Translations under genes and position numbers: made by a program
DNA from: Mycobacterium leprae TN
GTDB lineage: Bacteria; Actinomycetota; Actinomycetes; Mycobacteriales; Mycobacteriaceae
Length of the DNA stretch: 32,000 bases
Reading direction: 5' to 3'
Assembly: GCF_000195855.1 (NCBI RefSeq)
Contig: NC_002677.1
Coordinates: 3,180,001 to 3,212,000 of the forward strand
The notes under the pieces: model-generated
The model's database searches: none
Told to the model about the DNA's origin: nothing
Seen by the model: the letters and a program-made list of their open reading frames with translations, nothing else
Shown: positions 20,850 through 30,646 of the stretch, in pieces
Position numbering within the stretch: the stretch's first letter is position 1
Layout of the letters: each line of letters begins with the position of its first letter

Positions 20850-23794
20850 GTGCTAGTCGATACGCTACACGAGGTCGCGCAGTACACGCCTTGTCAGGTG
20901 ATGTTGATCGACGGCGACAGGTGGCTTGACTACCGAAGTCTCTGCCAGCCAACAACGACGCTGGTGCATGCTCGCATCCCCGTGACCAGCGTGATGTCGT
21001 TCATGTTTCCTAACTGGCACGAATTCAGCCGTAATGTATTTGGTATCAAGGCTAGCAGTAACAGTTGCCGACTTATCTTGCTGCCGCGGCAGGATCGTAA
21101 ACTGCGTTTCATCCTCGAAGACGCCGACGGCCAGATGGTCTTTTTCCCAACATGGTTCGATAGCCATGACTACACTGCTATGTTAGAGTGGGTGACAACC
21201 CAGCTATCAGAGCAGTCGTGCTGTTGTACTGGTAAGCTATGATTGCAGCGCGGGTCACATCACGTTCGTGTCGTTGCTTGCGCAGCATACGGTTACCAGA
21301 ACAGCTACCGAAACTGAACTCCGACGCCGTTCCAATGCACACTGCTGTTGTGCACCACCGCCACACTTATGGATAGCTGGAGGTGGAACCGATGCAGTGC
21401 GGCTCAATAAAAATCCGAACGGTGCACGCCTGTGGCGGGCACAACACCGTTTCTCGAGCAGATGCTGAAGGCAGCGCAACGTGCCGGGTCCCGACTTCAA
21501 GGTCTCAAGCTCTTCGCGTACTCCGGTGTGTCTGTGTATGTTGTCGTTAATCCGGAGAGCGACAGCATATCTCGAGTCAACGGTCGTCACTCCACGTGTA
21601 TGGATGGTTCGACAGAAGTTCCAGTCACAACGATCGGAGCACCGAGACGCCGCGCTTATGCCGCAAACACCGATAACTGCAGCGGTCTGGCCAGTGTTCA
21701 GCTAGTCTCCGGCGAGATTCATGTGCCCAGCCCGCAGATGGTGGTTGAACCAGTAAGTACCCAGACGACGAAACCGAGTCCTTCGACCGTGAGAGCCCTT
21801 CTGCACCGGATATCCAACTAAGTCTAACTCGGACCGCTTAAGTGGCTGGTCGGCTTTGGGTGGGGTAATTGTGGTTGGCTGTTGGTTTCGAATCGGTCCA
21901 CACCTGGCCACCGAGGCTGGTCGGTCAAGGCTGTGATGGTGAGAAGCCACGATATCCTTGATGGGCATGTGAGATTGGATATCGAGTATCTGGATCGGAT
22001 CTAACTCAACGGTGATGCGTCAAATCTGCAGATGAGCGGTAAGGTGATGTCGTTTCTGATCCAGCATCTGGGCAATCAGATCCTCTCGCCTGTGGTTCTA
22101 GAAAAAATTGGTATTAGGTTTCGCTGGGAGGTGGTCTCATTCGCCGAGACCAATTAACCCTGGTGGTCTTTTTGCCAAGAATGACCGCAAGATCGACGTT
22201 ATGCACCCGTATCTGGCTGGGCAAGCCGCGGCCGGAAGCGTGAGTGGGACTGCAATCAGGGTGGACCAGAAGTCGCATCGTATACACCGCGACAAACACA
22301 CCAGGCAGACATCGGGAGTGCAGTTTACCTTCGCCGCATTTCAGCGGCGAGTAGTGTGTTTTTACTTCTATCTATTTCTAGCTACGTTTAGGACGTTGAT
22401 TTCGAGCCGGCATTCATCAAGGTCTGTGCCTATTTTCCATATCCAATGAAGATTTAGCTCAACGGGCTACGAGTAGGCTAACCGGCAGGCGAGCAAAGTG
22501 GTATATGGCTCACTGAACTGTCCAAGGGGTTGACCACAACCACCGATCCGGCTGCTGCAGAGGATCTGCGATCGGCTAGGCCCAGATGCGATCCAGATGT
22601 TCGCCCAACAACATTGGTGGTCGATGTTGCCGCAGGCAGAGCACGGCCGCGGCAGCTATTGATGGGAGCTATTGATGCGCCGAGTCGAAACCTCACACTC
22701 TAGGTGTTCAATGCTCCCCTCCGAGCTTGGGGGTTATTCGAGACCCTGATGGCCGACACCTCGACATCGGTCGACTGGAAGTGATCAAGCTGAGCTTCAA
22801 ACGCGGCCAACGCTGTGGCGCAAAGGCGGGCGGGCAGTACAAGATCCAGATCGTTACTTACGGCACCCAGCCCAGGTCAATGTCAACACCTTCTACCGAC
22901 ACTTGCGCATAAAATCATATTTGAAGGATGGGCGGTTGCTGCGCGTCAAACTGTCATAAACGACACCGACAATGTGGGCTGCTGACGGCCCATAGATAGA
23001 GTTACAGGCCCGCGCGCGTACGGTCCATCGTCGTCCGCTCGATACGCAACCTGTCAGCTAAGGCTGTGTCTTTGCGAGTCTAGCCTTTGAGCGGATAGCG
23101 CGGCACACCCTCACCGAGGATGGTAGAAGAACCCCCGCCCTGTAGTTCGGCGGACCATTCACCAGCGTGTTCACCGACATCAACATCATAAACCCAAGAG
23201 CCAGCTGAACTCGGACTTTCGGTCAGAACCGCTACACAACATTACTCTAGTGACGGATTGCAGTTGGCGACCCTCTACACTAAAAATTCTACGCTCGGCT
23301 GGTGCGTACGCTCCTGAGCACCAAACTATATGCCCACACTACCGCCGTCGCAAATGATATGGCAGACCATAGACAAAAGTGGATATTATAGCAAACACAA
23401 CCTAAAAACTCCAAGACGATTCTTGACGTTCTAGCGGCCAAAGGTCATTAGAACACTGGTGAGTACCCCGTTGCGCGCCGACCGGGCGAAGGATGTCATT
23501 ACCTGCAACGGCGAGAACATCTCTATCCCAAGAAAATCGATTCTATCCTGGCCCGCCACCTCAGACATAGCTAGCGTAAGCATGCCTGACGAGCACACCG
23601 GTGAGCGGGCGTGCGCAGTCATGGTGCCTATCATCACACTCGGATCGGCCGTTGACAGCTTGCGCAGATATACTAAAATCCGACGCGGCATGGCGCAGTT
23701 CAAGGTACCCGAACAAATAGGCATTTGGGATGTCCTACCGACAAACGACGCAGGAAAAGCGGCGAAACACCAAATTCGAACAACATTGATGTAA
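20850..23794 (+). pseudogene. Decayed acyl-CoA synthetase (FadD-like), apparently interrupted by a ~1.6 kb segment (~21825-23440)
   Basis: N-terminal part 'SFMFPNWHEFSRNVFGI...RKLRFILEDADGQMVFFPT..DYTAMLEWV' (20990-21210); middle 'TPFLEQMLKAAQRAGSRLQGLKLFAYSGVSV', 'GSTEVPVTTIGAP', 'GEIHVPSPQMVVE', 'YPDDETESFD' (21435-21800); C-terminal part only at 23459-23794 'RAKDVITCNGENISIPRKSI...IASVSMPDEHTGERACAVMVP...MAQFKVPEQIGIWDVLPTNDAGKAAKHQIRTTLM'. Confidence 0.83.
21934..23410 (+). pseudogene. Decayed gene for a conserved actinobacterial hypothetical protein (no function known to me), sitting between the fadD fragments
   Basis: Plus-strand segments in shifting frames: 'MVRSHDILDGHVRLDIEYLDRI*LNGD' (21934), 'MSGKVMSFLIQHLGNQILSPVVLEKIGIRFRWEVVSFAET' (~22035), 'LFAKNDRKIDVMHPYLAGQAAAG' (~22170), 'ICDRLGPDAIQMFAQQHWWSMLPQAEHG' (~22565), 'YRHLRIKSYLKDGRLLRVKL' (~22890), 'ELQARARTVHRRPLDTQPVS*GCVFASLAFERIARHTLTEDGRRTPAL' (~23005-23150). 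Assignment to one family is from memory. Confidence 0.6.
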
Positions 23795-24709
23795 AGCAGA
23801 CCAGTTACATGCAGGTAGCGATCGGAACCAGGACGAACTGTGGGATCGGCTTCGGTTGCGAAATCAAGCTCGCCGAGATGGACATGGGGGTGAAGGCGCC
23901 GGGCCACAACAGCGTTCCTCCGGAGTTTAAGGAATGCACGGCGCTGCGGAGCTAATTAATTGCACCGGATCGCGACAGCCGCGTGCCGGAGGAAGCTAGG
24001 ACACCTAACCCACTAGGCTAGGCGATGCTCCGGTCGATTCGGACGTCAGTCTCGACGGCAATGGCAGCACCCGATCTGGTGAGAGAACTCGTCCTCGTCG
24101 CGACGTCACCCCCTCGGCGTTTCCGAGGCATGCTGCGCTGACCACCAAAGGTGGCAGCCCCGGCGAACAGCCTTCGCCGCCCGACAAAGTGTGCGACGGA
24201 CTGCATAACCCCATAACCCCGCGCTCGAGCCGCTGCAAACCGAAGGACAACTCAAATCAAAATGCCGACGATGATGGTGCAGTTCACAAGTCGAGACACT
24301 GTGCTGCGCTGTGGTGACCGCCACGTCGTCGTCAAGGCGGACGACGACGTGGCACTGATCCCTACTGCTACAGACGCGCAGGCCACGGCTGCCTAAATAA
24401 CGTCAAAACGCGGGCAGCTCGAACCACGTAATTCGGGCCCAGCCCATTCACGTCCACCCACGCCAGCATCACTACACTTCACCGTATTTCTCGATACAGC
24501 GCTGTTTAACGCGTTCGGTTTGTCTTTAAGCCGGTGAGGCTCCTAAAGCTGCGCCGACTATCACCCTAACATAACTGGGCGAAAGCCCAGCGCCCACGCA
24601 GTCACTGAAGTTGTTCACTCGCCTATCTATGGGGCCTAGCGGTAGACATATCAAACAGGCATTACCAGGATTGAATTTAGGCGCGGTAGCGGCGATTGAA
24701 GGGTGAAGA

Positions 24710-27700
24710 ATGAAGATTCCGCATGTGACCGACCCCGTAAGCAATATGGTCGGCGGCATGGCGCAGGTGGTGCGGGCCAGTACGCATGCCGCCACCGGCG
24801 CTGTCAACACGATGCAGATGCTGGCCAGCCCGGTCGCCGAGTTCGCTTGGCCGGTGGTGCAATCGGTAGCTAAATCCACCGGCCGAGCGCTCGGTACGGG
24901 CCATTCACCGAATTTTGCGAACCGGGTCGATCCACCGGTGCGCTGGCACAACGGTCAGCGTGTACACCTAGACCTGGATCCGCTGCTACCGTTCCCCCGC
25001 TGGCATGAGTACGCAGCAGTAGTAGAAGAACCGGTTCGTAGAATTCCAGGGGTGGCTAAGGGCCATGTCGAGGGCTCATTGGGACGGCTAGTAATCGAAC
25101 TAGACAAGAACGCGGATAGCGACGTTGTCTTGGGCAAAGTGCGTGACGTGGTTATTGCCCTGGCCGCCGACTTAGCATTGACAGGGGCGAGATCGGCCCC
25201 CAAGGTTGCTCCATTTGCCGACCCAGGTAATCCGCTGGCAATTCTTATGCCGCTAACCGCCGCGGTAATGGACCTTGTCGCGTTGAGTGCCGCAGTGACC
25301 GGCTGGGTCACCCGACTGCCCGCCGTACCGCAAACTATCCGGGCCGCGGCGGCTCTCGTCAATCATCAACCGCGCATGGTGTCACTGCTGGAATCACGAC
25401 TGGGTAGGGTCGGCACCGATATTGCACTCAGCATTACAACAGCGGCGGCTAGCGGGCTGACCCAAGCGGTAGGCACACCACTGCTGGATCTGGCGTGCCG
25501 TGGCCTGCAACTCTCCGAAGCGGCGGCTCACCAGCGCGTGTGGCGAGATCGAGAGCCTCAACTGGCCTCACCCAAGCGGCCACAAGCGCCGGTGGTCCCC
25601 GTGATCTCGTCGGCAGGGGAAAAATCGCATGCCGCAGGCCACAACTGGACAGCCGCAGCGTCGAATGAAGCGTCGCACCTCGTGGTCGGCGGATCAATCG
25701 ACGCCGCAATCGACACCGCAAAAGGGTCGATGAAAGGACCTGTAGAGAGCTATGTCGATTCAGCGGCAAACGGTTCGTTGATTGCCGCGGCGAGTGCTTT
25801 GCTCGCGGGCGGTGGCACCGAAGACGCGGCCGGCGCGATCCTGGCCGGGGTGCCAAGAGCGGCGCATATGGGCCAGCAAGCGTTCGCGGCGACACTGGGC
25901 CGCGGACTGGCCAACGCCGGGCAACTGGTACTCGATCCGGGTGCGCTGCGCCGCCTGGACCAGGTCAAGGTGGTCGTCATCGACGGGGCCGCATTGCGCG
26001 GTGATCACCGCGCGGTATTGCTTGCCCGGGGAAATACGCCCGGCTGGGACGACGACCGTGTATATGAGGTTACCGACGCACTGCTGCACGGCGAGCGGGC
26101 ACCCGAGCCCGATCCCGACGAGTCACCGGCCACTGGAGCGCGGCTCAGATGGGTTCCGTTGCAGGGGCCGTCGGCAACACCCGTACAGGGCCGCGAGCAC
26201 GCGGATCTGGTGGTTAATGGCGAGTGCGTCGGCGGTGTCGACGTCGGATGGGAAGTCGACCCCTATGCGATCCCGCTGCTGCAGACCGCACACCGAACCG
26301 GGGCACGCGTAGTCTTGCGTCATGTAGCTGGCACAGAAGATCTCTCCGCCAGCGTCGGCGCGACGCATCCGCCCGGTACACCGCTGCTGAAGTTGGTACG
26401 TGAGCTGCGCACCGATCGCGGACCGGTGTTACTGATCACCGCCGTGCACCGGGACTTCGCATCGACCGACACGCTGGCCGCACTAGCCATTGCCGACGTC
26501 GGGGTAGCCCTGGACGATCCCCATGCAGCTACACCGTGGACCGCGGACATCATCACTGGCACTGATCTGGCGGCCGCAGTGCGGATCCTGTCTGCGCTGC
26601 CCGTGGCCCGTTCAGCCAGTGAATCTTCGGTGCACCTTGCTCAGGGCGGTACTACCCTGGCAGGGCTGCTGCTGATCACCGCGAGCGCTGGTAGCAAATC
26701 CGCTAGCCCAATTACTTTGCGGCGCTGGTTTAGTCCGGTCAATGCGGCCGCAGCGACCGCATTGGTGACTGGCGTCGTCTCAGCCAGCAAGGTGCTCCGG
26801 CTGCCGGACCCTACCCCGCAACCGCTGACCGCCTGGCACGCGCTGGACCCCGAGATCGTTTACTCACGATTGGCCGGCGTCACACAACCGTTAGCCGTTG
26901 AGCCCGGTACCCCCGATTGGCGACGTCGTCTCGACGATCTGTCCTACACCCGGGCGCTGTCACCGCTGCGCAAACCAGTAACCAAACTGGCTCGGCTGGC
27001 GAGCGCGACCCGGCAGGAATTCGCCGATCCGCTGACTCCCATCCTGGCGGTCGGAGCAGCTGCGTCGGCGATCGTTGGCAGTAATATCGATGCCCTTTTG
27101 GTCGCGGGCGTGATGACGGTCAACGCGATTACCGGTGGCGTGCAACGGTTGCGGGCCGAGGCGGCCGCCGCCGAGCTGTTCGCCGAGCAGGATCAGTTGG
27201 TGCGACGCGTCGTTGTCCCGGCGGTGGCAACGACCCGTCGTCGATTGGAGGCTGCACAGCACGCCACACGGACAGTCACGGTGTCCGCCAAGTCGCTGCG
27301 AGCCGGTGATGTCATCGACCTGGCTGCTCCGGAAGTGGTACCGGCAGATGCTCGCGTGTTGGTAGCCGAAGACCTCGAAGTCGATGAGTCTTTACTCACC
27401 GGGGAGTCGTTGCCGGTGGACAAGCGAGTGGACCCCGTCGCCATCAACGACGCCGACCGAGCGAGCATGCTGTTCGAAGGCAGCGCGATCGTGGCAGGAC
27501 ATGCCCGCGCGATCGTGGTGGCCACCGGGGTCGGCACAGCCGCACACCGCGCGATCTCGGCTGTCGCCGACGTGGAAGTATCAGCCGGGGTGCAAGCACG
27601 GCTGCGGGAGCTGACCAGCAAGGTCCTTCCTCTGACACTGGCCGGTGGCGCCGCGGTGACGGGTTTGGCTTTGCTACGCCGCGCATCACTGCGTCAAGCA

Positions 27701-29539
27701 GTCGCCGATGGCGTCGCAATCGCCGTGGCCGCTGTCCCGGAGGGTCTGCCATTGGTGGCCACCCTCTCCCAGCTCGCCGCGGCCCAGCGTTTAACGGCGA
27801 AGGGGGCGCTGGTCCGATCGCCCCGCACGATCGAAGCCCTGGGCCGCGTTGACACCATATGTTTCGACAAGACAGGTACGCTCACCGAAAATCGACTGCG
27901 TGTCGTCTGTGCGGTGCCGAACACGAGGATGCCACACGATCCACTTCCCGACATCACCGATCCGCACTCTGCTGCGGTGCTGCGGGACGCCGCGCGGGCG
28001 TCCACCCAACCCCACGACGGGCAAGGCCACACGCACGCCACCGATGAAGCGATCCTCACGGCAGCCAGTTCGCTTAACAGCCATACCGATTCGACTTGGA
28101 GCCTAATTGCGGAGGTACCGTTCGAGTCCAGTCGCGGTTATGCCGCCGCGATCGGCATAACCGGCAATGGTAAGGCGCCGATGCTGATGCTCAAGGGCGC
28201 CCCTGAAAAGATCCTGCCGCGTTGCCGGTTCGCCGATCCAGAGGCCGACGTTGCTCACGCAGAGTCCTTGGTGCGCCACCTCGCCGAGCAAGGCCTGCGC
28301 GTTTTGGCGGTCGCGCAATGCTCCTGGGGCCACGACACCACCGACGATAACGACACCGATGCTGATGCCGTCGACGCTGCCGCGCATGACCTCGAGCTGG
28401 TCGGCTATATCGGACTAGCGGACACCGCACGGCCATCCTCGCGTCCGTTGATCGAAGCGTTGGTAACCGCCGGCCGCAACGTGGTACTGATAACCGGCGA
28501 TCACCCCATCACCGCACGGGCTATCGCCCAGCAGTTGGGTCTGCGCTCGGATGCACGGGTAGTGAACGGCACCGAACTTATCGGCCTCGACGAGGACGCA
28601 TGCGCCGAACTTGCCGCCGACGTGCAGGTCTTCGCCCGAGTCAGTCCGGAGCAAAAGGTGCAGATTGTGGCAGCGTTGCAACGCTGCGGGCAAGTGACGG
28701 CGATGGTTGGTGACGGTGCCAACGACGCCGCTGCCATCCGGATGGCCGATGTGGGCATCGGCGTGAGTGGCCGCGGTTCTTCAGCCGCCCGAGGAGCCGC
28801 TGACATCGTCTTGACCGACGACGATCTGGGTGTACTGCTCGATGCCCTGGTCGAAGGCCGCAGCATGTGGGCAGGCGTTCGTGATGCGGTCACGATTCTG
28901 GTCGGAGGCAATGTCGGCGAAGTCGTCTTTACTATCATTGGGACGGTATTCGGTGCTGGTCGGGCGCCGGTGGGAACCCGTCAACTACTGTTGGTGAACT
29001 TGCTCACCGATATGTTCCCCGCGCTTTCGATCGCTGTTACCTCGCAATACGAAGAACCCGGCGAGGACGAATATCAAACCGACGAAGAGGCAGACGAGGC
29101 GCGACGAACACACCAACACGAGGTACTGACCGGACCTACGCCCTCGCTCGACGCGCCACTGATGCGACAGATCGTCAACCGTGGTGTGGTCACGGCCGCC
29201 GGTGCGACCACAGCCTGGGCTATCGGGCGCTGGACGCCGGGTACCGAACGACGAACGGCGACAATGGGACTGACCGCATTGGTGACGACGCAGCTGGCAC
29301 AGACCCTGCTCACGCGCCGACACAGCCCGCTCGTCGTAGCAACCGCACTAGGCAGCGCGGGTGTTTTGATCGGTATCATTCAAACCCCGGTAATCAGTCA
29401 GTTTTTCGGGTGCACACCGCTTGGGCCAATAGCCTGGTCAGGAGTAATAACTGCCACAGCAGGAGCCACCGCAGTCTCGGTACTGGCACCCCAGTGGTTA
29501 AACAAAGCTTTTGGTATCGCGCAACTCAATCAGGAGTGA
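24710..29539 (+). CDS. ctpI: Very large P-type cation-transporting ATPase CtpI (1609 aa)
   Basis: Intact ORF with 'DESLLTGESLPVDKRVDP' (~27386), 'AVPEGLPLVATLSQLAAAQRL' (27737), 'CFDKTGTLTENRLRVV' (Asp codon 27866-27868), 'ITGDHPITARAIA' (~28495), 'MVGDGANDAAAIRMADVGIGVSGRGS' (28709). Size and motifs match mycobacterial CtpI. Confidence 0.97.
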   Translation: MKIPHVTDPVSNMVGGMAQVVRASTHAATGAVNTMQMLASPVAEFAWPVVQSVAKSTGRALGTGHSPNFANRVDPPVRWHNGQRVHLDLDPLLPFPRWHEYAAVVEEPVRRIPGVAKGHVEGSLGRLVIELDKNADSDVVLGKVRDVVIALAADLALTGARSAPKVAPFADPGNPLAILMPLTAAVMDLVALSAAVTGWVTRLPAVPQTIRAAAALVNHQPRMVSLLESRLGRVGTDIALSITTAAASGLTQAVGTPLLDLACRGLQLSEAAAHQRVWRDREPQLASPKRPQAPVVPVISSAGEKSHAAGHNWTAAASNEASHLVVGGSIDAAIDTAKGSMKGPVESYVDSAANGSLIAAASALLAGGGTEDAAGAILAGVPRAAHMGQQAFAATLGRGLANAGQLVLDPGALRRLDQVKVVVIDGAALRGDHRAVLLARGNTPGWDDDRVYEVTDALLHGERAPEPDPDESPATGARLRWVPLQGPSATPVQGREHADLVVNGECVGGVDVGWEVDPYAIPLLQTAHRTGARVVLRHVAGTEDLSASVGATHPPGTPLLKLVRELRTDRGPVLLITAVHRDFASTDTLAALAIADVGVALDDPHAATPWTADIITGTDLAAAVRILSALPVARSASESSVHLAQGGTTLAGLLLITASAGSKSASPITLRRWFSPVNAAAATALVTGVVSASKVLRLPDPTPQPLTAWHALDPEIVYSRLAGVTQPLAVEPGTPDWRRRLDDLSYTRALSPLRKPVTKLARLASATRQEFADPLTPILAVGAAASAIVGSNIDALLVAGVMTVNAITGGVQRLRAEAAAAELFAEQDQLVRRVVVPAVATTRRRLEAAQHATRTVTVSAKSLRAGDVIDLAAPEVVPADARVLVAEDLEVDESLLTGESLPVDKRVDPVAINDADRASMLFEGSAIVAGHARAIVVATGVGTAAHRAISAVADVEVSAGVQARLRELTSKVLPLTLAGGAAVTGLALLRRASLRQAVADGVAIAVAAVPEGLPLVATLSQLAAAQRLTAKGALVRSPRTIEALGRVDTICFDKTGTLTENRLRVVCAVPNTRMPHDPLPDITDPHSAAVLRDAARASTQPHDGQGHTHATDEAILTAASSLNSHTDSTWSLIAEVPFESSRGYAAAIGITGNGKAPMLMLKGAPEKILPRCRFADPEADVAHAESLVRHLAEQGLRVLAVAQCSWGHDTTDDNDTDADAVDAAAHDLELVGYIGLADTARPSSRPLIEALVTAGRNVVLITGDHPITARAIAQQLGLRSDARVVNGTELIGLDEDACAELAADVQVFARVSPEQKVQIVAALQRCGQVTAMVGDGANDAAAIRMADVGIGVSGRGSSAARGAADIVLTDDDLGVLLDALVEGRSMWAGVRDAVTILVGGNVGEVVFTIIGTVFGAGRAPVGTRQLLLVNLLTDMFPALSIAVTSQYEEPGEDEYQTDEEADEARRTHQHEVLTGPTPSLDAPLMRQIVNRGVVTAAGATTAWAIGRWTPGTERRTATMGLTALVTTQLAQTLLTRRHSPLVVATALGSAGVLIGIIQTPVISQFFGCTPLGPIAWSGVITATAGATAVSVLAPQWLNKAFGIAQLNQE

Positions 29540-29689
29540 GCATTAACCTTGCTTTAGCTGGTCACCCCTTTGCCAGCGGGATTGTCCGGAATGTTATCGA
29601 CGATGCCAATATCTTTGGTCTGTTCAAAACGAGATACCTTGCCACTCAAGTACTCTACGTACTTCCGGCTTATCGATGACGTTACTGCG

Positions 29690-30420
29690 TGCCGTAGCAC
29701 GCTAAACACGACAAGGCATTGCCCTAACTACTCGTCTCATCAAGAACACCTACGACCGCATTCGCGGCGATGCCGTGATGCTCCGCGAGCGCGTTTTCCA
29801 GCGCACGTAGATAAACATCTCGCCCCCGAGACGATCATGTCGTCCTAGCGACCGATGATGTACAGCCGACCCGAATGGTCGAAAGTCGATGTATCCGGTG
29901 CTAGCCAATCTAGTCAATGATGACTTCGGCGTCTCCCACAACCGATCCGCCAATTTGGCCCAGAAAAGTTGGTCACCGCTAACTACGATGCGTCCGGTCA
30001 CGCACAGCCCGACAGGACGGCAACTTCTGTCGAAGATACGTACCGGGCATCCCGCAACCAGCTTCCCCACGGTTTTCTGGACATGCCGTAGTTCGGCCGG
30101 TGTAGACCTCGGTTGAGCCGTAGCCGTTGTCGAGGAGGTTGCCCGTAGTCATCCCACATACCGGCGTGCCAAGCTGGAATCGAGCCAGTTACCGCTGGAC
30201 AATGCCACCTATAGGGACGGCACGGGGTTGCGGGTGCCCACCAGATCGGGGCAGTCCGAGGATGCGCACCAGGCATGATCGAAACCACACTTATAGCGGA
30301 GGTCGAGTGTGGCTGAGGCGTCAAAACACCAGTGGGTCAACACCGTGCCGCCGGGGCGGACAACTTGTGGGAGACGGGCATCGAGTTCGGTATGTACAAC
30401 AACAGTCGATATCACCGATC
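29690..30420 (-). pseudogene. Decayed acyl-CoA synthetase (FadD-like) pseudogene, C-terminal two thirds recognisable
   Basis: Minus-strand fragments: 'LPQVVRPGGTVLTHWCFDASATL' (~30370), 'NLLDNGYGSTEVYTG' (~30130), 'AGCPVRIFDRSCRPVGLCVTGRIVVSGDQLFW' (~30060-29960), 'SGRLYIIGR*DDMIVSGGEMFIY' (~29880-29815), matching the GSTE / RIFD..GRIFVG / GRDDEMIVSGGENV blocks of the FadD family. Confidence 0.75.
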
Positions 30421-30646
30421 CTGTCCGATGCCGGTGAACTTTTCCCCATTTGATGGCAAATTCTGTGCACTACACGGTTTTCATTAAGGAGCTAGTGTCG
30501 TGCTTCTGAAGTTCGTTTAATATTCGCCGAAATATAGCCTATTGCTATCACTACAGCCAGTCGCTGGTGTTGCCCACGACTCGTATTTCGATAGGAGAAC
30601 TCGCACGTCAGTAACAGTGACACACAGGACGAAAAGTGGGGGGCCT

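Noticed and set aside
21825-23440. Calling the fadD-interrupting segment a classical IS element
   Set aside because: No DDE-transposase motifs, terminal inverted repeats or target-site duplication could be seen, so it is reported only as a hypothesis.
24526-29679. Many ORFs of 60-176 aa on both strands within and overlapping ctpI (e.g. 24526..24951 -, 25449..25895 -, 25782..26312 +, 27193..27621 -, 28501..28938 -)
   Set aside because: Shadow ORFs of a GC-rich gene; the 1609 aa frame with conserved ATPase motifs explains the DNA.
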